Below are positions 1 through 9,146 of a stretch of DNA of 40,399 bases, in pieces. A model generated the notes under the pieces. That model worked only from the letters and a program-made list of their open reading frames with translations, ran no database searches and had not been told where the DNA came from. The stretch's first letter is position 1. Every line of letters begins with the position of its first letter. The position numbers were made by a program, and so were the translations under genes. The stretch lies in the NCBI GenBank assembly GCA_964617795.1, contig CAZUAB010000002.1, forward strand, positions 1 to 40,399, given 5' to 3'. Source of the stretch: an uncultured bacterium (GTDB taxonomy: Bacteria > J088).

Positions 1-188
1 ACCAGATGATCGACGGAGCGACGGGCGATGCCTGGCAGCGAGGAGATGGGTTCTTCGATGCCCGTACCCTCGCCGACGAAGACGCCTTGAATAAGGTGTT
101 CGAGGCCGATGTCTGTCTCGTGGACGAGGTCGCGCAGACGGCGGCCGCGGCGCAGGCGGCGGGGGCGGTCGAGTGGGCCGTAGTGCAT
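1..188 (-). CDS. hemB: porphobilinogen synthase (delta-aminolevulinate dehydratase), N-terminal fragment running off the window
   Basis: Absent from the ORF track because there is no stop in the window. The reverse-strand ATG at 188-186 translates to MHYGPLDRPRRLRRGRRLRDLVHETDIGLEHLIQGVFVGEGTGIEEPISSLPGIARRSVDHL. This fits the conserved HemB N-terminus pattern RPRRLRR..LR.LV.ET.L....LI.P.FV.EG...EPI.SMPG..R.S.D.L. The listed 6..206 + ORF is its antisense shadow. Confidence 0.8.
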   Translation of the reverse strand, partial: MHYGPLDRPRRLRRGRRLRDLVHETDIGLEHLIQGVFVGEGTGIEEPISSLPGIARRSVDHL

Positions 189-273
189 GGCATGTCCTTT
201 CCTTGATTCCATGCTAACAGAGGTCGTCGGTGGTGGGCGGGCGATCGGGCCGCCGCTGGGGTAGGCTGATGCA

Positions 274-900
274 ATGATTCGCTTGATTGCGCACCGATCA
301 ACGGGCTTGCTGGCCGTTGCCTTTTTGGCGGCGGTGGCTTCTCAACCGGCCATTGCCGCCACAGCACCGATGATGGAAACCGGCCTGTACTGGACCGGCT
401 TGGGCCGGCTGGAAGGCACGCTGCGACACGTCGGAAACCTGCGCATCGGATCGGCCAGCGGCTTGGCCGAAGGGCGGCCCGAAATGTGCTTGGAGATTTC
501 ACCTTGGCAGCCGATCGCGTTGGAAGCGTGTGGCAACGGTGCCGGGTTCCTGCACAGCGAAGACCGGCCAGAGATTGCGCATTTCCGGGTTCGTTGGCGT
601 GTGCTGCAGTGGGCCTTGCCGGGCGCGGTCATCGAGCCGCAAATTGGCGCGGGATTTGCCGAACTGCAGATCGGTGAGGATGCACCGGGTTTTGCGTTCG
701 GACGGACGGCTGGTGGCGTCTCAACGGCTGGGCCGGAAGCGGTCGCAGCAATACGTGCGTTGTGGCCGGTCGGCGGCGGCATCGAGCTATTGGCCGATCT
801 GGCTGCCGGCGCTGCCTGGCTGCCGGCCGCCGATCAACTCGCCGTGGCGCAGCCCGTGTATTATCCTTTTGCAGCATTTTCGATTGGCTTTGGCTTCTGA
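274..900 (+). CDS. hypothetical secreted protein, possible small outer-membrane beta-barrel
   Basis: 208-aa ORF with an N-terminal signal peptide (LLAVAFLAAVASQPAIA|A). It is Gly/Ala-rich with alternating hydrophobic residues and ends in a C-terminal aromatic residue (...FSIGFGF), as in OMP beta-signals. Third-codon positions are GC-rich. No family recognised. Confidence 0.5.
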   Translation: MIRLIAHRSTGLLAVAFLAAVASQPAIAATAPMMETGLYWTGLGRLEGTLRHVGNLRIGSASGLAEGRPEMCLEISPWQPIALEACGNGAGFLHSEDRPEIAHFRVRWRVLQWALPGAVIEPQIGAGFAELQIGEDAPGFAFGRTAGGVSTAGPEAVAAIRALWPVGGGIELLADLAAGAAWLPAADQLAVAQPVYYPFAAFSIGFGF

Positions 901-920
901 ACCGAAAGGACGGCTCTTCG

Positions 921-1961
921 ATGGTTTCTTATCTGCGAGTTCTTTGCTCAACGGTACTGGCGCTGGGAATCGCCCAGGCTGTACAAGCGGCCGACAAACC
1001 GCAAATTCGACCGCCGTCCGGGTCTTTGGAGGCCGCGCTGGCGCTGACGCCAGCCGATGCCGCCAGCATGGGTGTGGACGCGCGGCTTGATGCGGCGATG
1101 TGGCTGTGGTGGTGGAAGCACATGGGGCATACGGCGCCTGTCTCGGGGAGCACCGCCGATTGGATTGCCGCCGGACGTAAAGGGACGGCCATCCTCCGGT
1201 CCGTGATTCGAGATGCGCCAAAGGATCCCCGCGCCTATTGGATGCTGGCCGAGGCGAATTACGATATCGGCGAGCTGCTGCCTGAAGACGATACGACGGG
1301 GCGCACTGCGTTGTACGAGGAGATGATTGCGTTGGCCGAACGCTGCGTCCGGGATGTGGACCCCAACAACGGCGCTTGCTGGCATTTTCTAGCCACGGGA
1401 AAAGGCCGGTTGTCTACCACCCGGGGCCTGGTCAACTCGATGTTCGAGGCGAAATCGGTCGAAAAGGCATGGCAGCGCGCCTGGGAATTGCAGCCCGCAG
1501 ACGTATTGCCGAACGGCGATCCGATGACCGCCAATATCGCCTATGGGCTCGCTGTTTTTTATCGCCTGGTACCGGATGCCTGGATCGTCAAGGTACTCAT
1601 CGGCACGCGGGGGGATATCGACCAGTCGGTGGAGTACGCACGCAAGGCCGTGGCGCTGCAACCGTGGCGCTTGGAGATTCAGAAAGAATTGGCAATGTCG
1701 CTGCTCTGCCGCGGCAGGCGTCAGAAATCTGCGGCGGATCACGAGGAAGGTATGGAGATCCTGCGCAAGATTGTGGACGGCGTCTTCGACAAAAACGACC
1801 CACGGGCCTTCAATATCATTGACAAACGGCACGCCGTGGAAATCCTCGACGCACCAGAAAAAGCCTGCGGGTACAGCCGGGATGGATATGAGGAAGTGGA
1901 CATGGCTGCTGCGGAGCGACGGCTCAAGTCGCAAGGCAAGGATACCTCCGGCGGCTCCTGA
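921..1961 (+). CDS. hypothetical secreted helical-repeat (TPR-like) protein
   Basis: In-frame ATG at 921 inside ORF 762..1961 gives MVSYLRVLCSTVLALGIAQAVQA|ADKP, a signal peptide, with AAGGA 10 nt upstream. The mature part looks alpha-helical/TPR-like (AYWMLAEANYDIGEL..., EYARKAVALQPW...). Function unknown. Confidence 0.55.
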   Translation: MVSYLRVLCSTVLALGIAQAVQAADKPQIRPPSGSLEAALALTPADAASMGVDARLDAAMWLWWWKHMGHTAPVSGSTADWIAAGRKGTAILRSVIRDAPKDPRAYWMLAEANYDIGELLPEDDTTGRTALYEEMIALAERCVRDVDPNNGACWHFLATGKGRLSTTRGLVNSMFEAKSVEKAWQRAWELQPADVLPNGDPMTANIAYGLAVFYRLVPDAWIVKVLIGTRGDIDQSVEYARKAVALQPWRLEIQKELAMSLLCRGRRQKSAADHEEGMEILRKIVDGVFDKNDPRAFNIIDKRHAVEILDAPEKACGYSRDGYEEVDMAAAERRLKSQGKDTSGGS

Positions 1962-1986
1962 CGAGGCCCCCGGATTGGGCGTCCTC

Positions 1987-1995
1987 TGGTAAAAT
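1987..1995 (+). promoter_or_regulatory. candidate extended -10 promoter element (TGgTAAAAT) for the moxR-led gene string
   Basis: tggtaaaat at 1987-1995 abuts the ATG at 1996. A transcript starting about 7 nt downstream would skip that ATG. It would instead carry GGAGG (2009-2013) followed 6 nt later by an in-frame GTG at 2020. Sequence pattern only. Confidence 0.35.
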
Positions 1996-2847
1996 ATGGG
2001 TTTCGAACGGAGGCCCTTCGTGCGGATCGGCGAGACCCACGATTATATCCTGAGCGACGAACTGCGCGAGGCCGTCAATGCGGCCCTCGTGCTTGAGCGT
2101 CCCTTGCTGGTCAAGGGTGAGCCCGGTACCGGCAAAACGCAGTTGGCACACGCCATCGCCCAGTCGCTTGGTATGCCCCTGCTGCGCTGGCAGGTCAAAT
2201 CGACCACCAAGGCGCAGGACGGGCTCTATGTCTATGACACGGTCAAGCGCCTCAATGATGCGCGTTTCGGCGACGGCGACGTCTCGGATATTCGCCGTTA
2301 TATCAAGCTGGGACCGCTCGGGCAGGCATTTACAGCCCCCGAGCGCGTTGTGCTGTTGATCGACGAAATCGACAAGGCCGAGTTGGAGTTTCCCAACGAC
2401 CTCTTGCACGAGCTCGATCAGATGGATTTTTTCATCGATGAAACGGGCGAGACAATCCGTGCCAATGTCCGCCCCGTGGTACTGATCACCTCGAACGCCG
2501 AGAAGGAGTTGCCCGAGGCCTTCTTGCGGCGCTGTATGTTTCATTTCATTGACTTTCCCGGCCCGGACCTGATGCACGATATTGTCCGTGTGCACTATCC
2601 CGATCTCGATCAAACGCTGCTCGATTCGGTGGTTGCCCGCTTTTTCGGTGTTCGCCGGACGGTGGGCCTGCGTAAGCCACCGTCGACCTCCGAACTCATC
2701 GATTGGGTGCGGGTCTTGCTCGCGCATGGTTGGCAACCGACGGACGACGAGGGCGGGCTACCCTTCCTCGGCGTTCTGCTCAAAAAGCCGGAGGATCTGC
2801 GCCGCGTGCTCGATTCGCTTCGTCGGGGCGCGCCGACCTGGCAATGA
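1996..2847 (+). CDS. MoxR-family AAA+ ATPase
   Basis: Walker A VKGEPGTGKTQLAHAIA, Walker B VVLLIDEIDKA, and a length (~280 aa) and layout typical of short MoxR/CoxD-like ATPases. The stop overlaps the start of the downstream VWA gene (ATGA at 2844-2847). The true start may be GTG 2020, which has GGAGG 6 nt upstream. Confidence 0.85.
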   Translation: MGFERRPFVRIGETHDYILSDELREAVNAALVLERPLLVKGEPGTGKTQLAHAIAQSLGMPLLRWQVKSTTKAQDGLYVYDTVKRLNDARFGDGDVSDIRRYIKLGPLGQAFTAPERVVLLIDEIDKAELEFPNDLLHELDQMDFFIDETGETIRANVRPVVLITSNAEKELPEAFLRRCMFHFIDFPGPDLMHDIVRVHYPDLDQTLLDSVVARFFGVRRTVGLRKPPSTSELIDWVRVLLAHGWQPTDDEGGLPFLGVLLKKPEDLRRVLDSLRRGAPTWQ

Positions 2848-4028
2848 TGCTATTTCAGGCCTTCTTCGATCGCCTGCGCACCGAGGGGGTCCCGGTCAGT
2901 TGGAGCGAATGGCTGATGCTCCTTGAGGCGCTTGATCGGGGCGCCGCCGAGCCGGATCTTGAGAGCTTCTATCGGCTGGCACGGGCGGTTCTCGTGAAGG
3001 ATGAAGCCTTTTATGACCGCTTCGATCGTGCTTTCGTTATCGCCTTCAAAGATGCAGAACCGCCCGCCGATGTGCTCGAACGGGTGCTGGCGGGGTTGCA
3101 GAAGGAGCTGGCACGCACCTTCAGCGAAGAGGAAATGAAAGCACTACAGGCGCTGCCGCTGGAACAGGTGCTGGCCAACTTTCGCCAGCAGTTGGCCGAA
3201 GGCCATTACAAGGGGCATGTCGGCGGCAACAAAGCGATCGGCACACGCGGCACCAGTACGCAGGGCGCCGACGGCTACAATCCGGCCGGCATTCGCATCG
3301 GTCAAGATGAAGGCCGGCACGGTCGAGCTATCAAGATCGCCGAATTTCGCCGCTTCCGAAATTACGATTCACGGCGCGCCCTCGATACGCGCGGCATGCG
3401 GGTGGCGCTTAGTCGCCTGCGCAGGCTGCAGCCGGTGGGCCCGGCCGATGAACTCGATCTGCCAGCGACGATTGATCGCACCGCGCGCGAGGGTGGGGAG
3501 CTCAGTTTGGTGATGCGTCCACGCCGCCGCAATGTCCGACGCATTCTACTGATGACGGATGTCGGCGGGTCCATGTCGGGGTTTGCCGATATCGTAGGCC
3601 GTTTTTTTGCCGCCATGAATGACGAGGTTCGCGACTTGCGGCATGTGTACTTCCATAACTGCGTCTACGACAAGGTTTGGAACGATGCGGCGCGGCATGA
3701 TGTGGTCCCCACCTCCGACCTGATTGAGCGCTACCACGCGACCCACGATCTTGTTCTGGTCGGCGACGCAGCCATGGCGCCGACCGAACTGACCCACGTG
3801 GGTGGGGTCATTGATCTCTACGACCACAATCCACGCCCCGGTCTGGCGACACTGCAGGATTTGCGGACGGCATTTCCACGCGCGGTATGGCTGAATCCCG
3901 AGCCGGAGCGTAACTGGGATGTGATCTGGACGATCCGCATAGTCCGCGAGGTCTTTCCCATGTTTCCGCTCACCACCGACGGAATCGTTGCCGCTGTGGG
4001 GGCATTGATGCGTCGCAGGGCGGCCTGA
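2844..4028 (+). CDS. VWA domain protein, CoxE-like (MoxR partner)
   Basis: In-frame ATG at 2844 within ORF 2703..4028 gives MMLFQAFFDRLRTEGVPVSWSEWLMLLEAL..., the CoxE-like N-terminus. The C-terminal half carries a MIDAS-like stretch ILLMTDVGGSMSGF. Sitting immediately downstream of a MoxR ATPase is the classical pairing. Confidence 0.75.
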   Translation: MMLFQAFFDRLRTEGVPVSWSEWLMLLEALDRGAAEPDLESFYRLARAVLVKDEAFYDRFDRAFVIAFKDAEPPADVLERVLAGLQKELARTFSEEEMKALQALPLEQVLANFRQQLAEGHYKGHVGGNKAIGTRGTSTQGADGYNPAGIRIGQDEGRHGRAIKIAEFRRFRNYDSRRALDTRGMRVALSRLRRLQPVGPADELDLPATIDRTAREGGELSLVMRPRRRNVRRILLMTDVGGSMSGFADIVGRFFAAMNDEVRDLRHVYFHNCVYDKVWNDAARHDVVPTSDLIERYHATHDLVLVGDAAMAPTELTHVGGVIDLYDHNPRPGLATLQDLRTAFPRAVWLNPEPERNWDVIWTIRIVREVFPMFPLTTDGIVAAVGALMRRRAA

Positions 4029-4030
4029 CA

Positions 4031-5101
4031 ATGACGCTACAGGGCGAGTTGAGAACCATGGAACTACCGGACCTGTTGCAATGGCTGGCCGCCTCGCAGT
4101 CCACCGGTACCGTGCTGTTCCGGCATCGTGCCGGCGACATTACGTGGAAGGTTGCGGCCGGACATCTGGTTGATGTCGTCGGCAGCGGCTTCGAAACCTG
4201 GGCGTCACAGCGGGTGGGGCGGGAGGCGTGGGAGAAGGCCCGCAACTGGTCCGAACGTGAGGGCACGGCGCCGGCGGTCATTTTGCAGCGAGTGGGGCTC
4301 ATTGCGGCAGCCGATCTCGCCGAGTGGCGCACGTTGTCGGTCAAGCGCTCATTGCATATGGTTTTGATGCGTGAGGACGGCTGGTTTCGCTTCACGCCGG
4401 GGTCCGTGCGGGGCGAGGGGATTCCGATCGAAGCACTGCTGATGGAGGTCGCCGTCGAACTGGACGAGCAAATACGAGTACGGCAGCGTTTCGGCCGCGG
4501 ACTCGTCTGGGTGGAGGCCATTCCCGGCGCGCCGTTGGACGACATGCCGGATGATCTGGTCGTGCTTGTGCGGTCCGGAGTGCACATTCTCGAACTTGGC
4601 TGGCTGCTGCCCGGCGATCCTTGGCCCGCACTGCAGGCATTGGATGTCGCCGCGACGGCTGGTAGCATCGCACTGTTGCCGGTCGATCCGGCGCTGCCCG
4701 ACGATCCGGTACAAGCCTGGCAGGACGCACTCATCGCGCAGCGGAGTTTTCAGATTGAGCGGGCGGCAACCTTGTTTGAAGATGCGTTGGCCGCTGCGTG
4801 GGACGACACGACGGCCGAGGAAGTTACCGCTCGCTGGCTCGGACGCTACGACGAACTGGTGCGAACCCGCCTGTTTCGCGGTGACCGCCTGGTGGCACCG
4901 ACCGGCGCCGTCGGACCTCTGCCCGGCGATCCGTGGGGTGCGTGGCTGTTGCGCGTGCTTGATGCACCGACGACCATCGACGATTTGCGGCACCGGGCGC
5001 CGTTCCACCCATTCTTTATTACCCGCGCCGTGCGGCGCCTCGTCGAGGCGGGGCGGCTCGAACTGGAACCCATTCCCGCCGACGGAGGAACACTCGCGTG
5101 A
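4031..5101 (+). CDS. DUF4388 (PATAN-like) domain protein with possible C-terminal winged-helix
   Basis: The N-terminus LQGELRTMELPDLLQWLAASQSTGTVLFRH...WKVAAGHLVDV matches the DUF4388 signature (G.L....L.DLLQ.L.....TG.L). The C-terminal FFITRAVRRLVEAGRLEL looks wHTH-like. The gene starts 2 nt after the VWA stop, and its own stop overlaps the leuS GTG (5098-5101). Confidence 0.65.
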   Translation: MTLQGELRTMELPDLLQWLAASQSTGTVLFRHRAGDITWKVAAGHLVDVVGSGFETWASQRVGREAWEKARNWSEREGTAPAVILQRVGLIAAADLAEWRTLSVKRSLHMVLMREDGWFRFTPGSVRGEGIPIEALLMEVAVELDEQIRVRQRFGRGLVWVEAIPGAPLDDMPDDLVVLVRSGVHILELGWLLPGDPWPALQALDVAATAGSIALLPVDPALPDDPVQAWQDALIAQRSFQIERAATLFEDALAAAWDDTTAEEVTARWLGRYDELVRTRLFRGDRLVAPTGAVGPLPGDPWGAWLLRVLDAPTTIDDLRHRAPFHPFFITRAVRRLVEAGRLELEPIPADGGTLA

Positions 5102-7560
5102 CCTTGTTGCATGATGTCCAAGCCCGCGAAGCGCACTGGCAGACCCGTTGGCACGCCAAGGGCGCTTTCCGTGTTTCCGATCAGGCCGCTGATCCCGTGT
5201 ATGTTCTGGAGATGTTCCCATATCCGTCGGGGCGCATCCATATGGGGCACGTTCGCAACTACTCGATTGGTGATGCGATGGCTCGCTGGATTCGCATGCA
5301 GGGCCGCCCGGTGCTGCATCCGATCGGCTGGGATGCATTCGGCCTACCAGCCGAGAACGCCGCCATCCGGCAAGGGCGCCATCCGGCCGAGTGGACCTAC
5401 GAGAATATCCGCACCATGCGGGCGCAGCTGCAGCGACTCGGTTTTAGTTACGATTGGGAGCGTGAACTGGCGACCTGTCATCCGGGCTACTACAAGCACG
5501 AACAGGCGCTGTTTCTCGACATGCTTGAGCGGGGTCTTGCGTATCGGCGCAAAACGCAGAACAACTGGTGCCCTTCTTGCGCCACGGTGTTGGCCAACGA
5601 GCAGGTCATTGACGGCCTCTGTTGGCGCTGCGACAGCGCGGTGGAGCAGAAGGAAATGGATGGTTGGTTCCTGCGTATCACAGCGTACGCCGATCAGCTT
5701 CTGCAAGGCCTCGACGCGCTCGATGAATGGCCCGAAAAGGTGCGCTTGATGCAGGCGAATTGGATTGGTCGCAGCGAAGGGGCGCGGATCCGTTTCCCGT
5801 TGGTCGGCAATGTGGGCGAAATCGAGGTGTTCACGACACGGCCCGACACGTTGTTGGGTGTTACATACGTGGCAATCAGCCCTGAGCGCGACGACCTGGT
5901 GGCCCTCATGGCGCCCGAACAGCAAGCCACGGCGCGGGATTTTGCGGCCAAGGTGCGGGACGGCGTCTTCGGTGAGAACGAAAAGGTGGGTTTCGATACA
6001 GGCCTGCGAGTGCGGCACCCGCTGCGCGGGGATGAGGTTCCGGTGTGGGCGGCCAACTTCGTGCTGGCCGGCTACGGGACCGGTGCGGTGATGGCGGTGC
6101 CGGCCCACGACCAGCGTGATTTCGAGTTCGCACGGGCGTACGGGCTCGACATTCGAGCCGTCATCGCACCGCCGGGAGCAACGCTCATTGCCGCCGAGAT
6201 GCAAGAAGCGTACACCGAGCCCGGCACAATGATGGCCAGCGGGGAGTTCGATGGGCTACCGAGCGAAGACGGCAAGCGTGCGGTTGTCGACCGTTTGGTC
6301 GCGCTGGCTGCCGGAGAGGCCACAGTGCAGTGGCGGCTCCGCGATTGGGGGATCAGCCGCCAGCGCTACTGGGGCTGTCCGATTCCGATCATTCACTGCG
6401 AGGCCTGCGGTGCTGTACCTGTGCCGCGAAACCAGTTACCGATCGAATTGCCCGAGGATGTCCGCATGGATGCGGTCGGCTCACCACTGGCGGCGCACGC
6501 GGCCTTTGTTCAGGCTGACTGCCCCGTGTGTGGGCGACCGGCGCGCCGCGAAACGGATACCTTCGACACCTTCATGGAGTCGAGTTGGTACTTCCTGCGC
6601 TACCTCGATCCGCGCAATGAAGCGGTGCCCGTCGACCCTGGCTTGGCGCAGCGCTGGATGCCGGTCGATCACTATATCGGCGGCGTTGAACACGCGGTGC
6701 TGCATTTGCTGTATTCCCGTTTCTTCACCCGAGTTCTACGTGACCTGGGACACCTGAATGTCGACGAGCCGTTTCGCCATTTGTTGACGCAAGGAATGGT
6801 GATCAAGGACGGTGCCAAGATGTCGAAGTCCAAGGGGAACGTCGTCGACCCCGATGATATGATTGCCCGTTACGGTGCCGACACGACGCGCCTATTTATG
6901 CTGTTCGCCGCACCACCCGAGCGTGACCTCGACTGGCAGGAGGCGGGCGTCGAAGGCATGTCGCGCTTCCTGCGGCGCGTGGTGCGGGCTGCCGAGCAGA
7001 CCCTGCCGCTTGGTGCAGGCGCCGTCGCGGGCGCTCCCGGCGAGGTTTGGGGCAGCTTGGATCGGCAGCTTCACCGCACGATTGCGCGTATGACCCACGA
7101 CATGCAGAAACAGCAGTTCAACACAGCTATTGCCGCCCTCATGGAGTTTGTGAACTATTGGCATAAAGTGCTTGATACAACACCAGAAAATGCCGCAGAC
7201 AACGCGATCGCTGCGGGCGTCGTCGGTACCTTTGCCCGGCTCCTGTCGCCGTTTGCGCCGCACTTGGCCGAGACGCTTTGGGCCGAGACTGGAGGTGAGG
7301 GGTTCGTTGCCCATGCCGCTTGGCCTGAAGCCGATCCGGCGAAGCTCCTCGACGATGATATCGAACTGCCGGTGCAGGTCAACGGCAAATTGCGCGGACG
7401 GATCCGTGTTCCGCGCGAGGCGGATGCGGCGGCCGTACTGGCCGAGGCGCGCATCGAACCAAACGTGATTCGCTGGCTCGAGGGGGCTGAGATCGTCAAG
7501 GAATTGGTGGTCCCGGGCCGCCTCGTCAACTTCGTGGTACGCGGTGGAGGGTTTTCATGA
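5098..7560 (+). CDS. leuS: leucine--tRNA ligase
   Basis: 820 aa with the HIGH motif (PYPSGRIHMGHVRNY), the KMSKS motif (KMSKSKGN) and the CP1 editing region. It is colinear with bacterial LeuS throughout. GTG start at 5098. Confidence 0.97.
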   Translation: MTLLHDVQAREAHWQTRWHAKGAFRVSDQAADPVYVLEMFPYPSGRIHMGHVRNYSIGDAMARWIRMQGRPVLHPIGWDAFGLPAENAAIRQGRHPAEWTYENIRTMRAQLQRLGFSYDWERELATCHPGYYKHEQALFLDMLERGLAYRRKTQNNWCPSCATVLANEQVIDGLCWRCDSAVEQKEMDGWFLRITAYADQLLQGLDALDEWPEKVRLMQANWIGRSEGARIRFPLVGNVGEIEVFTTRPDTLLGVTYVAISPERDDLVALMAPEQQATARDFAAKVRDGVFGENEKVGFDTGLRVRHPLRGDEVPVWAANFVLAGYGTGAVMAVPAHDQRDFEFARAYGLDIRAVIAPPGATLIAAEMQEAYTEPGTMMASGEFDGLPSEDGKRAVVDRLVALAAGEATVQWRLRDWGISRQRYWGCPIPIIHCEACGAVPVPRNQLPIELPEDVRMDAVGSPLAAHAAFVQADCPVCGRPARRETDTFDTFMESSWYFLRYLDPRNEAVPVDPGLAQRWMPVDHYIGGVEHAVLHLLYSRFFTRVLRDLGHLNVDEPFRHLLTQGMVIKDGAKMSKSKGNVVDPDDMIARYGADTTRLFMLFAAPPERDLDWQEAGVEGMSRFLRRVVRAAEQTLPLGAGAVAGAPGEVWGSLDRQLHRTIARMTHDMQKQQFNTAIAALMEFVNYWHKVLDTTPENAADNAIAAGVVGTFARLLSPFAPHLAETLWAETGGEGFVAHAAWPEADPAKLLDDDIELPVQVNGKLRGRIRVPREADAAAVLAEARIEPNVIRWLEGAEIVKELVVPGRLVNFVVRGGGFS

Positions 7561-8183
7561 AGCACTTGCTGGCTGTCGCGACAATGGGAGTGCTGCTTGG
7601 CGCCTGCGCGGTCAGTACCGAAGGCGGCCCCTTGTGGGGCGATCGCGCGCTCGTCGGCGGGGCGCCCAAATTGCACTGTGTAACCGTGATCGAGGTTGGT
7701 CTCAGCGGGAACCAGCCCTCGTTAGAGCAGGTGGCGCGACGCGCCATGCTCGATGTCTGGCAGCCGTCTCGCGACGATTGCCCGGCTGAATTGCCGGCGC
7801 GCCGCCTCGAGGTACGTGAGGTGGCGATCGGCCTACCGGTAGACGCCTTCGCATTGCCGCCTGCCGGCTCCGAGGTGCCGGGACCGGCCCGTATGCGCAT
7901 CAGTGTGTCCGGCCGTTTCCGCGAGGTCGGTTGCCTGAGTGGTGAAGTGCGTGAACGCCTGATTGAGCGTTCGACTTGGATTCCCTGGGTCGCCGATCCC
8001 TGGCTGCGTGAAGAAAAAGCCGCCGCGGCGGTCCGGGACCTTGTTCCCCGCCTGATGCACCTGTGGGCGGCTGAGGAAGCACCGTCGCCATGCCCGACCC
8101 CGACCCCGATGACTACCGCCACCGAATTGGCGCCAACAGATGCGCCGGCGGCCGACACCGAATCGACGGTCGGGGCGCCGTGA
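7557..8183 (+). CDS. lipoprotein, LptE-like by position (leuS-lptE-holA synteny)
   Basis: Signal peptide plus lipobox MKHLLAVATMGVLLGA|C. The gene lies between leuS and holA, where lptE/rlpB sits in many Proteobacteria. It overlaps the leuS stop by 4 nt and the holA start by 4 nt. The assignment is positional, not by sequence recognition. Confidence 0.5.
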   Translation: MKHLLAVATMGVLLGACAVSTEGGPLWGDRALVGGAPKLHCVTVIEVGLSGNQPSLEQVARRAMLDVWQPSRDDCPAELPARRLEVREVAIGLPVDAFALPPAGSEVPGPARMRISVSGRFREVGCLSGEVRERLIERSTWIPWVADPWLREEKAAAAVRDLVPRLMHLWAAEEAPSPCPTPTPMTTATELAPTDAPAADTESTVGAP

Positions 8184-9130
8184 GCAAGGCCGCCGCTGTT
8201 CTGCTGTGGATCGGACCCGGCGGCTGGCTTGCTGAGCGCGTGGAAAATGCTCGCCGCGCGGCTGTTGAATGGGATCGTATCCGTGCGGATGAGCGGCCGT
8301 TCGGCCGACTGTTTGAGGCCGTGCGCAACTTCAGCTTCTTTCAGATGGACCGCACTGTCTGTGTCGAGGGAGCCGAAGGACTGCGTGACGAAGAGCGCGC
8401 CGAGCTTGCGGAAGGGCTGAGAGCACCGGCGCCGGGCGTAACGCTGATCCTCGCGGCGACAGCCGGACGTGGTGCCGACAAATTGCGTGAGTCCCTGCAG
8501 GGTATCGAAGGTTTGGCGCTCAAGGTTGAGACGGCTGCTGGCGGTGATGCGGCCGCCTCGCCCGAGGCGCTCGCCGGATCGGCGGGCATTCGGCTGGCGC
8601 CTGATTTGGCGGCGCTGCTGCGCGACCTCAAGGGTGATGATGCCATGCAGCTGCGGCTGGAGATTGAAAAATTGTCGCTGCTGGTCGAGTCCGGCGGCGA
8701 GGTCTCGCTTGATCACTGGCGCGAGGTATCTTCGGCCGGTGCGGCGGCGGACGGATTTCGTATCGGCCGCGTGGTATTGGCGCGCGATGCCGCGGCAATC
8801 GATGCGGCACTCACCGATTGGTCGAATGGCGGCGGCGGGGACGGCAGCGTGCCGGCGCTGCTGGGCGGCGCTGGCTACGTGCTACGGGTGGCGCTGGCGT
8901 GGCGCATCTTGACCGCGTCGGGCGTGGCTCCTGACGAGGCCCGGCGCCGTCTGCGGGCGCGTTTTGACGCAGCCGATCAGCGCGCGGCGCGTCTGTGGTC
9001 GATTGCTGATTTGGCCGCCATGCTCAGTGAACTACGAGCGCTGGACCGGGGCTGCAAGAGTTTGGCGATGCCCGCGGGGCGCCAATTGGCACGCTGGTGC
9101 ATGCGCGCCGTCGAGGGCGCGCGTGCCTGA
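8180..9130 (+). CDS. holA: DNA polymerase III subunit delta
   Basis: In-frame GTG at 8180 (GTGA overlap with the upstream stop) within ORF 8090..9130. HolA-like features are FSFFQMDRTVCVEGAEGL..., VTLILAATAGRGADKL and the hallmark LRLEIEKLSLLV. The position after leuS and the lptE-like gene is conserved. Confidence 0.8.
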   Translation: MSKAAAVLLWIGPGGWLAERVENARRAAVEWDRIRADERPFGRLFEAVRNFSFFQMDRTVCVEGAEGLRDEERAELAEGLRAPAPGVTLILAATAGRGADKLRESLQGIEGLALKVETAAGGDAAASPEALAGSAGIRLAPDLAALLRDLKGDDAMQLRLEIEKLSLLVESGGEVSLDHWREVSSAGAAADGFRIGRVVLARDAAAIDAALTDWSNGGGGDGSVPALLGGAGYVLRVALAWRILTASGVAPDEARRRLRARFDAADQRAARLWSIADLAAMLSELRALDRGCKSLAMPAGRQLARWCMRAVEGARA

Positions 9131-9146
9131 ACCGCTGCGTGCCGTG

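Noticed and set aside
6-206. 66-aa + strand ORF at the left edge.
   Set aside because: The reverse strand encodes a clear HemB N-terminus (1-188), so the + ORF is its antisense shadow.
762-920. N-terminal extensions of several track ORFs: 762-920, 2703-2843, 8090-8179, 8964-9146, 12930-13085, 26436-26606, 26800-26913, 15148-15168.
   Set aside because: The extensions overlap upstream genes or give Arg/Pro-rich non-homologous leaders. Internal starts give canonical N-termini (signal peptide, GatC/NadB/HolA/CoxE-like starts), with SD-like sequences or 4-nt coupling overlaps.
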